Source of the DNA: Candidatus Nanoarchaeia archaeon
Lineage (GTDB): Archaea; Nanobdellota; Nanobdellia; UBA10117
Direction of reading: 5' to 3'
Length of the DNA: 41,124 bases
Assembly: GCA_038851215.1 (NCBI GenBank)
Contig: JAWCLD010000002.1
Span: forward strand, 1 to 41,124
Of this stretch, positions 22,694-32,090 are shown in pieces. The first letter of the stretch is position 1. Every line of letters begins with the position of its first letter. The notes under the pieces were generated by a model. The model was not told the DNA's origin. It saw only the letters and a program-made list of their open reading frames with translations, and did no database searches. The translations under genes and the position numbers were made by a program.

Positions 22694-23902
22694 TTAGAGG
22701 CTAATAAAAGCTTTGCTTTCAAACAGCATTAACTTCATTAAGACATTAAATAAGCGAGTACCATTTAATTGCCCTAATGTGCCTTTAACTGCAAATGCCT
22801 CGCCGAAGCGAAGGCAATCACCAAGTTCGCCTGGCACGTAAATTAGCACGGGGACAGGGTTTGCCGAATGTGCTTTGGTTTCGCAAGGCGTGCTGTGGTC
22901 ACCAGTTATGCAAACAATTGTATTTTGCAAATAATTTTTACGTATAAATTTGGCTAAAAACTTTTTGTCAAAATCTTCTATTATATCTTTCTTACCTTTC
23001 CAGTCACCATTATGCGAAAATACATCAGTGTCCTTGATATGCAGGTAAACTGCAGAATATCTTTTTAACGCCTTTCCTACTTGCAAAACCAGCCTATCAA
23101 AATTTTTTGCCTTCTTTATAATGTGCATCCCCATCAGCTTTGCAAGAGCAGTCTCAGTAGGCATATCAACAAGTGCTGCCCAGTTTTGCAGCTTAGCAAG
23201 TTTCGGCAAATTCGAGCCGGCGCCTCTTGTTATAATTGCAAGATTTTGCTTCTTTAATAGCGCATTAGCTTTTTCGAGAAATGCGTTAACGACATTTGCT
23301 GTTTTAACAGCTTCTTTCGTATTCTCTAAAGGCCTGCACGCCTGTAAGGGGATGCCTAACCGAGCTGGAAGCGCCGACGATACAAAATTTTTGTAAATTC
23401 CGTAACCCGGATGCGTATTTGAAATTCTTGGTGAAAGACCCTTACCTCGCAGCACAAGAACTGCTCTGTAGCCCTTCGTGCATTTGAATATTACTTTAAC
23501 ACTATCAATGGTTTTAATTTTCTTACTTATTAAAGCAGCTAAAACTTTAGCTTCTTTATCTGTAACGCTCGCTCTAACATTTCGCAAAATATTACTTTCT
23601 GCATACGCAAAATTACATCGTAATGCTACATCGCCTTTTTTTAATTTTATTCCAAAACCAAATGCTTCTATCGGTCCCCTTCCCTTATAACATTTGAAAG
23701 GATTATTGCCGAAAAGTGCTATTGTTGCCACATCAGATTCGGGCGCAAGGCCCCTTTCCACAGGATATAATAAACCAAGTTTTGCTTTTGCAGCTAGCTC
23801 GTCAAAATGTGGCTTAATTGCGGCTTCTAGTGGCGTCTTGTTTTGCAAAGCTTTTATTGGCTTATCCCCAAGTCCGTCTAAAATAATATAGAGCAGTTTC
23901 AT
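22694..23902 (-). CDS. apgM: 2,3-bisphosphoglycerate-independent phosphoglycerate mutase, archaeal type
   Basis: 402 aa. The N-terminus MKLLYIILDGLGD and the C-terminal ITGDHSTPC...HSANPVP are metalloenzyme-superfamily motifs typical of ApgM. Confidence 0.8.
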   Translation of the reverse strand: MKLLYIILDGLGDKPIKALQNKTPLEAAIKPHFDELAAKAKLGLLYPVERGLAPESDVATIALFGNNPFKCYKGRGPIEAFGFGIKLKKGDVALRCNFAYAESNILRNVRASVTDKEAKVLAALISKKIKTIDSVKVIFKCTKGYRAVLVLRGKGLSPRISNTHPGYGIYKNFVSSALPARLGIPLQACRPLENTKEAVKTANVVNAFLEKANALLKKQNLAIITRGAGSNLPKLAKLQNWAALVDMPTETALAKLMGMHIIKKAKNFDRLVLQVGKALKRYSAVYLHIKDTDVFSHNGDWKGKKDIIEDFDKKFLAKFIRKNYLQNTIVCITGDHSTPCETKAHSANPVPVLIYVPGELGDCLRFGEAFAVKGTLGQLNGTRLFNVLMKLMLFESKAFISL

Positions 23903-23907
23903 GATTG

Positions 23908-25398
23908 TTATATTATTTTTATTTTGTAAGGATTATTTGTTTCGACGAAGGAGAGACCTTCAGACAGCTTTCGGCCAGATTCGGCGTATAAAGTAAATAG
24001 CTTGTCTCCTTCTTTCACTTTATCGCCAACTTTCAGGTGTAAATAAAGACCCGCACCTTTGTTATAGGGTGCGCCTAAACGCCTACCAATTTTTTTGACA
24101 ATATCGTTGTCAATTGCTTGTATTATACCAGATTTTTCCGCAGTAATTGTTTCGTCATACTTTCCTGCCATCAATGTGTCAGATGTTATAGTAGGGTTTC
24201 CTTTCTGTGCTTTTATTATTTCTTTAAATTTGTCAAGAGCTTTACCAGATTCCAAAATTTCTTTCGCCATTTTCAGCCCAGAGCCTCGCTTTGCAACCTT
24301 ACCCATTTCCAGCAACAAGCCGGCAAAAAATAGTGATTTATTTTTCAAATCATTGGGACAAGATTTTGAGTTTTCCAAAACCTGCAGCACATCCTTACAC
24401 TCTAATACAGGCCCTATACCATTCCCAACGGGTTGCGAGCCATTAGTTTTTATAACTTTAACATTGATGCCAAGCCTACCACCAAGTATCATAAATTTTT
24501 TCTCCAGTTCATTTGCCTTCGGTTTTGTACATTTTGTTCCCGGCCCAAATGGAATCTCCATCAGGAGGTCGGTTGTACCTATAGCGTATTTTTTTGCTAG
24601 GATTGATGCCAACAACATCGCAGTTGGGTCTAGCTGAAGTGGATGCTCAACTTCAATGATAATATCATCAGCAGGCGCTATATCAAGCGCGCCGCCCCAA
24701 GCAATACAACCTTTATGATGTAACACAATATTCTTGATTTCCTCCAGCTTGAGAGATACTGGAGCTAAAACCTCCATAACATCAGCAGTTCCTGCAGGGT
24801 CTGTAATCGCACGTGACGCAGTTTTAGGTATACACAAACCCGCAGCTGCAACAATTGGTACCACAATTAATGTTGTCCTATTCCCTGGCACGCCGCCGAT
24901 AGAATGTATGTCTATAACAGGTTTTATACCAAGGCGAAGTATTTGACCAGTCTCCGCCATAGCTCTTGTTAAATGCTCAGTTTCATCAAGGTCCATACCT
25001 TTTGTATAAGTTGCAGTGATAAAAGTAGCAATCTCCGCTTGTGTTAATCTGTTATCAACAATATCCGTAACCAATTCGAAGATTTCGTCTTTAGTAAGTT
25101 TAGCACCTTCAAGCTTTTTTCTAATACTTGAAATGGAGAAGGGCTTTTCTTCAGCTATTACTGTCAGAGGCTGACCGTCGCTAATATTCAACAAATCCTT
25201 AACCTCGTCAAAAAGACCAATTTCATTTTCCTCTATGTGTGTTGAAGAATCGGCAATAGCAACAGCGTAATGCTTTTCAGCCATAATTCTAACACGATCA
25301 GCAGGCCCCAGGTCCATCTCTTTAATTGTTGTTGGGTTTAAAACAACAATCAAAGGACCGCCAGATTCTATATTCAGAAGCTTTGCTTTTAGCCTCAT
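23908..25398 (-). CDS. deoA: AMP phosphorylase (archaeal thymidine-phosphorylase-family enzyme with an extra N-terminal domain)
   Basis: 496 aa. The N-terminal domain MRLKAKLLNIESGGPLIVVLNPTTIKEMDLGPADRVRI is followed by a glycosyltransferase-family-3 core (IDIHSIGGVPGNRTT, TDPAGTADVMEVL). Length and N-terminal domain fit AMP phosphorylase rather than bacterial DeoA. Confidence 0.75.
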   Translation of the reverse strand: MRLKAKLLNIESGGPLIVVLNPTTIKEMDLGPADRVRIMAEKHYAVAIADSSTHIEENEIGLFDEVKDLLNISDGQPLTVIAEEKPFSISSIRKKLEGAKLTKDEIFELVTDIVDNRLTQAEIATFITATYTKGMDLDETEHLTRAMAETGQILRLGIKPVIDIHSIGGVPGNRTTLIVVPIVAAAGLCIPKTASRAITDPAGTADVMEVLAPVSLKLEEIKNIVLHHKGCIAWGGALDIAPADDIIIEVEHPLQLDPTAMLLASILAKKYAIGTTDLLMEIPFGPGTKCTKPKANELEKKFMILGGRLGINVKVIKTNGSQPVGNGIGPVLECKDVLQVLENSKSCPNDLKNKSLFFAGLLLEMGKVAKRGSGLKMAKEILESGKALDKFKEIIKAQKGNPTITSDTLMAGKYDETITAEKSGIIQAIDNDIVKKIGRRLGAPYNKGAGLYLHLKVGDKVKEGDKLFTLYAESGRKLSEGLSFVETNNPYKIKII

Positions 25399-25413
25399 AT
25401 TACGACCTATTTG

Positions 25414-26400
25414 CTACGATTCTTTACGGCTGTTCCTAAATTCCAAACCAGCGCCGTGAAGAATTGAAACTATTACAACGAGTGCTGCAGGTCCAACAAT
25501 AAAACCTGCTGGCCCCATTACGAGCACACCACCAAGCATTCCAGTTAATATCATCAATGGATGTATAGCCGACCATTTGCCCGCAAAATATGGTCTAATG
25601 ACATAATCCAAAAACCCACCTATCGCCAAGCCATAAACAAGAATTCCAACTGCTGCAGAGATATCTCCTCTTAAATATAATAGTGCAGCAGTTGGTATGT
25701 ATAATGTGCCTGGCCCTAGAACTGGTAAAATGGAAAAGACAGCAGCTGCGATTCCAGCTAACAACGGAGCAGGCAAATCAAACAATATAAAACCGACAAT
25801 AGCTACTGCACCTTGTATTATACCTATTAGAAACCAAACGAAAAGGAACGAGTTTGCATATTTGCTTAAGTCGCGAAACATATGTGCCTTTTTCTCGCCG
25901 GAAAGTGGAAATATTCTTTCAACCCATTTATACAATTTCTCGCCATCTAGCAGGAAGAAAAACACTGAAACCGTAAAAACGAATAGTGATAAAATAATCT
26001 TTGGAAGCTCTGCAATGAATGAGGTTGTACTTTCTATTATTTTTTGTAGCACGAGCCTTGTCAAAGATTGAAGCGTGGTAGCAAGTTCTGGAATTTCGGG
26101 CAAAAATTTTTCAAAACGAAATTCGCTGGCCAAAATAAAAATTTGGCCAATTTCTTTTAATAATGCATTGACGCCCACAGCAATTATAGTTATAATTAAT
26201 CCTAAAATAAATGCAGTCAGGAGCCCTGCTGATAATATTTCGGGTATTTTTTTACGGAGCCACTTATGTGGCTTATATAATATAAAAGCAATAACTGCTG
26301 CAAATGCTAAAGCAGTAAAAAAAGGCCTAAGGAGCAGAAAGCCTGCTGCGAGGGCGCCTATGATTAGAAGTACGTTCACCAAACTTTTGTCAATGGCCAT
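25414..26400 (-). CDS. AI-2E family transporter (PerM/UPF0118-like permease)
   Basis: 328 aa, about 8 TM segments, with the characteristic C-terminal block SILPVLGPGTLYIPTAALLYLRGD...GLAIGGFLDYVIRPYF. Confidence 0.7.
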   Translation of the reverse strand: MAIDKSLVNVLLIIGALAAGFLLLRPFFTALAFAAVIAFILYKPHKWLRKKIPEILSAGLLTAFILGLIITIIAVGVNALLKEIGQIFILASEFRFEKFLPEIPELATTLQSLTRLVLQKIIESTTSFIAELPKIILSLFVFTVSVFFFLLDGEKLYKWVERIFPLSGEKKAHMFRDLSKYANSFLFVWFLIGIIQGAVAIVGFILFDLPAPLLAGIAAAVFSILPVLGPGTLYIPTAALLYLRGDISAAVGILVYGLAIGGFLDYVIRPYFAGKWSAIHPLMILTGMLGGVLVMGPAGFIVGPAALVVIVSILHGAGLEFRNSRKES

Positions 26401-26456
26401 TTTAATAGATTAAATCAAAGGTAATTAAAAACCTTTACTATAGCAGTAGCAAAAGT

Positions 26457-27128
26457 TTATAGTTCTCCCTTAAAATACTCCGGCAACAATGCTATGGATT
26501 GTAAAATCATTGAAGGGTTTTCTTTTGCCAGCGTATTAAGGTCATGCACGCCTGTTAGCACTGCTATTGTCCTAACATTGGCGTTTTTACCTGTCCTTAT
26601 GTCATAAATAGTGTCGCCAACGAGCCAAATTACTTTTCCTTTTGCTTTTTCCTCTATTGTATCTATTATGTCGGGATCTGGCTTAAGGTGTATATCTTCA
26701 GTACCTAAAATCGCAGCGAACCATTTTTTCTTTAACCCTGCAGCCTGCACTGCCGCACTAATTTCTGCTCTCGTTGCGTGTGAATAAATGGCAAGCTTGA
26801 AATCTTTACTAAGCTCTTCTAAGGCCTTCGCAACACCTTCTATTGGCTTCACTAGTTTAGCAGTTTGCTCGACAAAGAATTTCTGCTTGTCAGCAACAAC
26901 TTGCTGTAACTTTGCCTCCGAAATGCCTGGAAACAATTTTCTAACGATTGCTTCAGCAGGTGGGCCTAATTCCATAATTATTTTCTCCTCTGGCAATTTA
27001 GGTAAGTTATTCTTTTCAAAAGCTAAATTAAAAGATACTGCATGCGCTTGCTGCGAATTAGCAAGCGTGCCATCAAAGTCAAAGCAAATAATTTCATCGA
27101 AACCAACAGACTTATGCTTTGCAGCCAT
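26457..27128 (-). CDS. HAD-superfamily hydrolase (phosphoglycolate phosphatase / beta-PGM-like subfamily)
   Basis: Motif I ICFDFDGTLANS, motif II IYSHATR and motif IV GDTIYDIRTGKNA. Confidence 0.75.
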   Translation of the reverse strand: MAAKHKSVGFDEIICFDFDGTLANSQQAHAVSFNLAFEKNNLPKLPEEKIIMELGPPAEAIVRKLFPGISEAKLQQVVADKQKFFVEQTAKLVKPIEGVAKALEELSKDFKLAIYSHATRAEISAAVQAAGLKKKWFAAILGTEDIHLKPDPDIIDTIEEKAKGKVIWLVGDTIYDIRTGKNANVRTIAVLTGVHDLNTLAKENPSMILQSIALLPEYFKGEL

Positions 27129-27132
27129 CGCA

Positions 27133-27420
27133 CTATCTTTTTTTAGCTAACGCGAGACTATAAATTGTTTCTATAAGTATGGCTAAGATAAGTATTATAC
27201 TCAGGACAAAGAAAACTGAACTCTTAATTTGCCATGAATAGTACAAAAGCATACTATTACCTATTGCGTAAAGAATTGCAAAATGTATGTGTATGTTAAT
27301 TTTATGTTTCTTATAGTTTTCCCAAGTTTCCCAAATCCATGCAATTATTAGTAAAATTGAACCAATAACGCCGATAATAAGTCCTAAAGGTAGTATGGCA
27401 GCCATACAATAAAAAAACAA
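27133..27420 (-). CDS. small 3-TM membrane protein (PQ-loop/SemiSWEET- or LAB_N-like size and layout)
   Basis: 95 aa with three hydrophobic helices and a WETWENYKKHK loop. The family assignment is only a guess. Confidence 0.3.
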   Translation of the reverse strand: MFFYCMAAILPLGLIIGVIGSILLIIAWIWETWENYKKHKINIHIHFAILYAIGNSMLLYYSWQIKSSVFFVLSIILILAILIETIYSLALAKKR

Positions 27421-27422
27421 AC

Positions 27423-28466
27423 TTATATTTTAAATCTTAGTATTGCGCCGAGCCCGCCCAATCCGTCTAGTTTCTCACCAGCTTCATACTTACTATTAAT
27501 AATATGAATTTCACCTCTTGTTGCTTCAACCGCATCGAAAAGCTCCGCTAGTTCGTTGTACTTTTTAAGCTCTCTATATCTTTCAATTAATTTTTCCGTT
27601 ACTAATAAAATTTTAACAGCTCCTGCTGCAGCCGCTTCTTTGATAGCTGGCAGTTTATAAATAGCCAACTTACTTTCTTTTCCTACTTCTGCCATAAATA
27701 ACTCAACCAATTCGAATTCTCTTTGTAGCGCCGTACCCTTAACAACCTTATCCAAAGCCCCTCTCTTAAGAAGTTCAATAATGCCGCGTTTGCCAGCCAT
27801 GCTAATATCTTCTAATTTTATTTTATCAATAAGCTCTTCGTGTTTTTCTTTTAACCTTTTAAGAACCTCTTCTTTCCAAAATAAAGGACTTGCAATGATA
27901 ACTATATCGTGAGATTTGGCAATTTCCGCAACAGCTGCAACTAATTTACCCATTCGCTCTTCAACTTTTTCTGTAAACCTCTTTTTTGCCAAACCTAGTT
28001 GCAGCTGTGCCAAATACTTAATACCTGTAGGTGTAAGCTCTGCCAAATTCGCCGCTTCGTCATCCAGAACACACACAGCAACAGATGGCATCTTTGTTGC
28101 AGCCTCAGCTTCTTTCAGTCGCTTTACTTGAAAAGGTTTCCAAGCCTTGAATATTTTTATTGTATCCCCCAATTGGATATCAAGAGTATGATGACTCCCT
28201 AAAGGCAACTCTTCAGGCCCTTCGGCAATTGTCCCAACAATACGAACGGCAGAGGGCTCAAAAATGACTTTTTCAGTCTTTATCTTGACAAAGTATACCT
28301 CTCTTTTAAGTCTAGCGCGTTCCTCTTCCCTACCGATTTTTACTTTTCGCACAATTTCGCCTGCAACAAAGTCGTCCGGCTCTATTAGTCGCGAGAGATG
28401 CCATAGATCGTCTGCAGTGTCTACTTTTACGCGCGCTTCGTCCTTACTTAAATAGAGGATTTTCAT
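27423..28466 (-). CDS. pelA: Pelota (aRF1-related mRNA surveillance / ribosome rescue factor)
   Basis: 347 aa. The N-terminus MKILYLSKDEARVKVDTADDLWHLSRLIEPDDFV and the C-terminal GGLGAILRF are typical of archaeal Pelota. Confidence 0.85.
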   Translation of the reverse strand: MKILYLSKDEARVKVDTADDLWHLSRLIEPDDFVAGEIVRKVKIGREEERARLKREVYFVKIKTEKVIFEPSAVRIVGTIAEGPEELPLGSHHTLDIQLGDTIKIFKAWKPFQVKRLKEAEAATKMPSVAVCVLDDEAANLAELTPTGIKYLAQLQLGLAKKRFTEKVEERMGKLVAAVAEIAKSHDIVIIASPLFWKEEVLKRLKEKHEELIDKIKLEDISMAGKRGIIELLKRGALDKVVKGTALQREFELVELFMAEVGKESKLAIYKLPAIKEAAAAGAVKILLVTEKLIERYRELKKYNELAELFDAVEATRGEIHIINSKYEAGEKLDGLGGLGAILRFKI

Positions 28467-28554
28467 AGTCTAAAAAGAACTTATGGTTATTTATAATATT
28501 GTGGTCGGAGAATACAGAATAACCTTTTTATAGCAACTTTTACTTTACTTAATA

Positions 28555-29715
28555 ATGGCCACAGAGATGCAAGGTCAAATAGGACCATTCATAATATTAT
28601 TAGTGTTATTAGGCGGGATTATATTTTATGTAATTTCTATAAATCCTGTCGAGCGAGAAGCTATTATAGGACCAATTCTTTATGAAAGATACGTGTTAGA
28701 TACACAACCCGGTTTAGTAGAGGCCACGCCTTTAACAACATATAAAGTGAGTAAGGACTTAGGTATTTCTTATCTCGATTATAGTCCTATACCAACACCA
28801 AAAATACTTTCGGAACAAATTTCTATTAAGCGCTCGGCAACAACAAATACGCAAACAGCATTTCCTGTAAATATCAACAAACAAGAGTTAACCGCAGCAA
28901 GTCTTGATTTTAACATAGCAAGCAAGCTTGGTAATGCGGGTTTGACAGTAACACTAAATGGAATAGTTGTCTTTACAGGCAACCTTGAGCCGGGGCGACA
29001 ATCTATAGACTTGCCACTTGATGTATTACAGCAAGGCCCAAATGAAATTATAATTTCAGTTGCACCACCAGGCATTGCATTTTGGCGCTCTACAACCTAT
29101 GTCTTAACAGATGTTGAGTTTGTATCAAAGAATTACATGCCAGAAAGAGCAGTATCTGAGCAAATTGTCACGCTGACACCACAAGAATTGACTGGTTTGA
29201 TATCTGCGCGCCTTGATGCTTATGCAAAACAGCTAAGTGCAAAGCCTGCAACAATAACATTGAAATTTAATGACAAGCAACTTTATTCTGCGATACCAAC
29301 AGATGAAAGATTAAGAATAGATTTGCCACCAGTTCTAGTACAAACAACAAACAAACTGAATTGGGCTGTTGCCCGTGATGGCAAATATGATATAATATTC
29401 GGCAAGTTAACAATTACATACGCTAAAGCGCCATATAAAGTTAAGAGCTGGACTTTTGCAATTACGGACTTTGAAATTTCAGCGAGTAAAACTGGGCAAA
29501 TCAATTGCCTGCTGCAAGTTACTGCAGCAACTGATGTCACAAAGTTACTTACATTTCAGATAAACGCGCAAACAGTTTCTATAGAAATGAAAGATGGTAA
29601 AATTGAAGAGAATATTTGTAGATATCTACAGCCAGGCGATAATTACCTTGCTGTTTATTCGCCTTCAGACATCAAGCTTGACAAGCTGAGCATTCTGATA
29701 AAAGGAAAGGCTTAG
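28555..29715 (+). CDS. N-terminally anchored secreted protein (first gene of a four-gene envelope module)
   Basis: 386 aa with the N-terminus MATEMQGQIGPFIILLVLLGGIIFYVI (QG followed by a hydrophobic helix, possibly prepilin-like), then a beta-rich sequence. Confidence 0.55.
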   Translation: MATEMQGQIGPFIILLVLLGGIIFYVISINPVEREAIIGPILYERYVLDTQPGLVEATPLTTYKVSKDLGISYLDYSPIPTPKILSEQISIKRSATTNTQTAFPVNINKQELTAASLDFNIASKLGNAGLTVTLNGIVVFTGNLEPGRQSIDLPLDVLQQGPNEIIISVAPPGIAFWRSTTYVLTDVEFVSKNYMPERAVSEQIVTLTPQELTGLISARLDAYAKQLSAKPATITLKFNDKQLYSAIPTDERLRIDLPPVLVQTTNKLNWAVARDGKYDIIFGKLTITYAKAPYKVKSWTFAITDFEISASKTGQINCLLQVTAATDVTKLLTFQINAQTVSIEMKDGKIEENICRYLQPGDNYLAVYSPSDIKLDKLSILIKGKA

Positions 29716-29716
29716 A

Positions 29717-31048
29717 ATGGATTCTAAACAACATACTGAAGAAGAAGTAGAGGAGCCTGAATATCAATCAGGCAGGTCCCCGTGGGCTGCTATCCTCTTT
29801 ATAATCTTAACCTTTTTTGTATTTCTCCTAAATCTGCTTGGCATATCACCACTTTGGTTTACTATGACTTTATTTTTCTTTTTCGCATTAGGTGCCGCGA
29901 TTTCCCTCTGGCTCGGAGGTCGCAAAGGTAAGGCAGTAATCATTTTCATAATCATGTTTTTCGGCTTTGGCTTTGCTTCTTGGTGGATGGTCGAAACACC
30001 TCTTGGAAAGCAGTTGGTTGGTAAGCTTGGTATCGGTGGCGTCCAACTTATGGAAGGTTTGCGTGGCCTTACAGGTCCAATTAATATTATGATGCAAATT
30101 TTCAAAGGAACATATAATCCTGAAAATCTCTGGCAATCAAATGTTGTTGAGTCGCAATATGAAGTGGCAAAGGACGTTGGCGTTACTTTAGTCGATGTTA
30201 AAGCGTTACGCGAAATTTTTGAAGTAAGCCAAGAACTTGTAATTACTGGTAGGATAAACGCAGTGGGCTTTCCTGGCACAGAGGTTACAGCAGCATTAGG
30301 AGCTTGCGAGTTTGACATCACTAGAAGAGAATGCAAAAGCAACAGTTGGAATTGCATACCTTCAGAACTTAAGGTGCGAGAGGCAAGGAATAGAGTTTTT
30401 ACATGTAAGCACCCCCCTATTGGAAAAGAGGCTACCCCTTATACAGTAAATATCGAAGCTAAGGCAGAAGATACGATACTTATAGCAGGTAAACAATTCG
30501 TATTTGCCTCTACAGACGCACTACTCGCAGTAGAGCCAGGCATAAGTCCGTTGGATGCATTTGGCGTTCCTGCAAATAGCTTGAAAAGTTGGCAGAAAGG
30601 CGACAGCTCTGTAAATTTAGGAATAGATATTTCCGGCAGACCAGAAGTTCTTGAAACAGATGTTGAATATTTTCTCGGTGTTAGCGTAGAAAATCCTGTT
30701 TCGCATACAGGAACTGCTTTTATTAAAGAAGTAGAGTTTTTTATACCTGCAGCAAGGCCAAATCTTGGCGCGAAAAGCGCAGATAAAGATTTCATTTGCA
30801 ACCAACCTATAACACAAGAGGATATTGCTACACTGAAATTACCACAAGGAGTTGTGCTTAACAAGTGTGTTGCGAGGCTTAACAAGCAACTAAAGCCAGG
30901 AGATTTCTTAAATTCTTATATCAAAATCAAAATTGCAGAAGATGAGTTGGTGGGGCAAGATTTTAGCACCTTCTTCGTCCTTGCAAGGTTAAAATATGAT
31001 TACTCAAACAGCAAACTTATCCCGCTCACAGTGAAAGAATTAACATAA
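29717..31048 (+). CDS. membrane protein with ~3 N-terminal TM segments and a large extracellular domain
   Basis: 443 aa, starting 2 nt after the previous stop. Its C-terminal strand ARLKYDYSNSKLIPLTV resembles the C-termini of the next two proteins. Confidence 0.55.
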   Translation: MDSKQHTEEEVEEPEYQSGRSPWAAILFIILTFFVFLLNLLGISPLWFTMTLFFFFALGAAISLWLGGRKGKAVIIFIIMFFGFGFASWWMVETPLGKQLVGKLGIGGVQLMEGLRGLTGPINIMMQIFKGTYNPENLWQSNVVESQYEVAKDVGVTLVDVKALREIFEVSQELVITGRINAVGFPGTEVTAALGACEFDITRRECKSNSWNCIPSELKVREARNRVFTCKHPPIGKEATPYTVNIEAKAEDTILIAGKQFVFASTDALLAVEPGISPLDAFGVPANSLKSWQKGDSSVNLGIDISGRPEVLETDVEYFLGVSVENPVSHTGTAFIKEVEFFIPAARPNLGAKSADKDFICNQPITQEDIATLKLPQGVVLNKCVARLNKQLKPGDFLNSYIKIKIAEDELVGQDFSTFFVLARLKYDYSNSKLIPLTVKELT

Positions 31049-31049
31049 A

Positions 31050-32027
31050 ATGCAATCTGCAAGAAAGCTAAGCGTTAAGAACTATGAAAAGCCAAGTAAA
31101 GTTAGAAAATTATTTATCACAGAAATTACATCAAAATCTTTAACGTTAATCTTCTTGGTAATGGTAATTGTAGTAAGCGGCTGCATTAGCTTACCGATAT
31201 TCAGTACGCGAGAGATCGAATCAGAGACCTTTATTGGCGGTACTGATGGTCTTGTGCTACGTTTTCTAAGCTTGCCATCGACAGTATTACAAAATCAAAG
31301 TTTTAGCATCGTAGCGCTAGTAGAAAATAAAGGAGAATCTGATATTAACGCAGAAGACGCTTTCTTTACATTAAACAATGCGAATGCATTTAACATTCCT
31401 GATAAAGAGATAACAAAAAGAAATAGTATAAAATTAACTGGCGCCAAGCTAGTTGGAGGTGTTGTGATGCCTGGCGGAAGTGAACAAATTGCATGGGGCC
31501 CAGCCAAAATCACAAGCCTTATTTTGACAGAGCAGCAAATCATTCCACTTAGCATAGATGCTTGTTATCCATACACCACTACAGCAACATCACGCGTGTG
31601 CATTAGCAAAACGCACAAATTATGCGAGCCTGTTGCAGAAAAAATTGTAAAAAATTCGGGTGCGCCAATCCAGCTAACATCACTACGGCAAATTGCACTT
31701 CCAAAAAATAATGATATAGAACTTACCCTCATATTTGAAATAAAAAATGTTGGTGGCGGTGCTGTTTTCGAAGCGGTAGCAAGTTGCCCTAACCCAAATA
31801 TTGCCCAAAAGGATTATGTTAACATAAAGGCAATAAAGCTAGGAGGCAAATCTCTTGATTTGAAAAACTGTTCTGAACTAAGTATGAGCTTGTTTGAAAA
31901 TAAGGGCTCAGCGAGCTGTACCTTCACAATTCCTGCAACAACCGACTATGAAGAGCAACTAACAATAGAGCTAGAATACAAATACAAAAAAGGCTTGTCA
32001 GGGCAGGTGGTTACAGTTCCGATTTGA
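31050..32027 (+). CDS. lipobox-containing surface protein, paralogue 1 (CARDB-like beta-sandwich composition)
   Basis: 325 aa with the signal LIFLVMVIVVSGC|IS. It shares FIGGTDG, VENKGES, MPGGSEQI, NSGAPIQLTSL, EIKNVGGG and YEEQLTIELEYKY with the 32091 gene. Confidence 0.6.
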   Translation: MQSARKLSVKNYEKPSKVRKLFITEITSKSLTLIFLVMVIVVSGCISLPIFSTREIESETFIGGTDGLVLRFLSLPSTVLQNQSFSIVALVENKGESDINAEDAFFTLNNANAFNIPDKEITKRNSIKLTGAKLVGGVVMPGGSEQIAWGPAKITSLILTEQQIIPLSIDACYPYTTTATSRVCISKTHKLCEPVAEKIVKNSGAPIQLTSLRQIALPKNNDIELTLIFEIKNVGGGAVFEAVASCPNPNIAQKDYVNIKAIKLGGKSLDLKNCSELSMSLFENKGSASCTFTIPATTDYEEQLTIELEYKYKKGLSGQVVTVPI

Positions 32028-32090
32028 TCCTTTTTTCAGCATTCTTCAATCAAAACAAACCTTTTAAAATGCCAATATGCAAATATTAAT

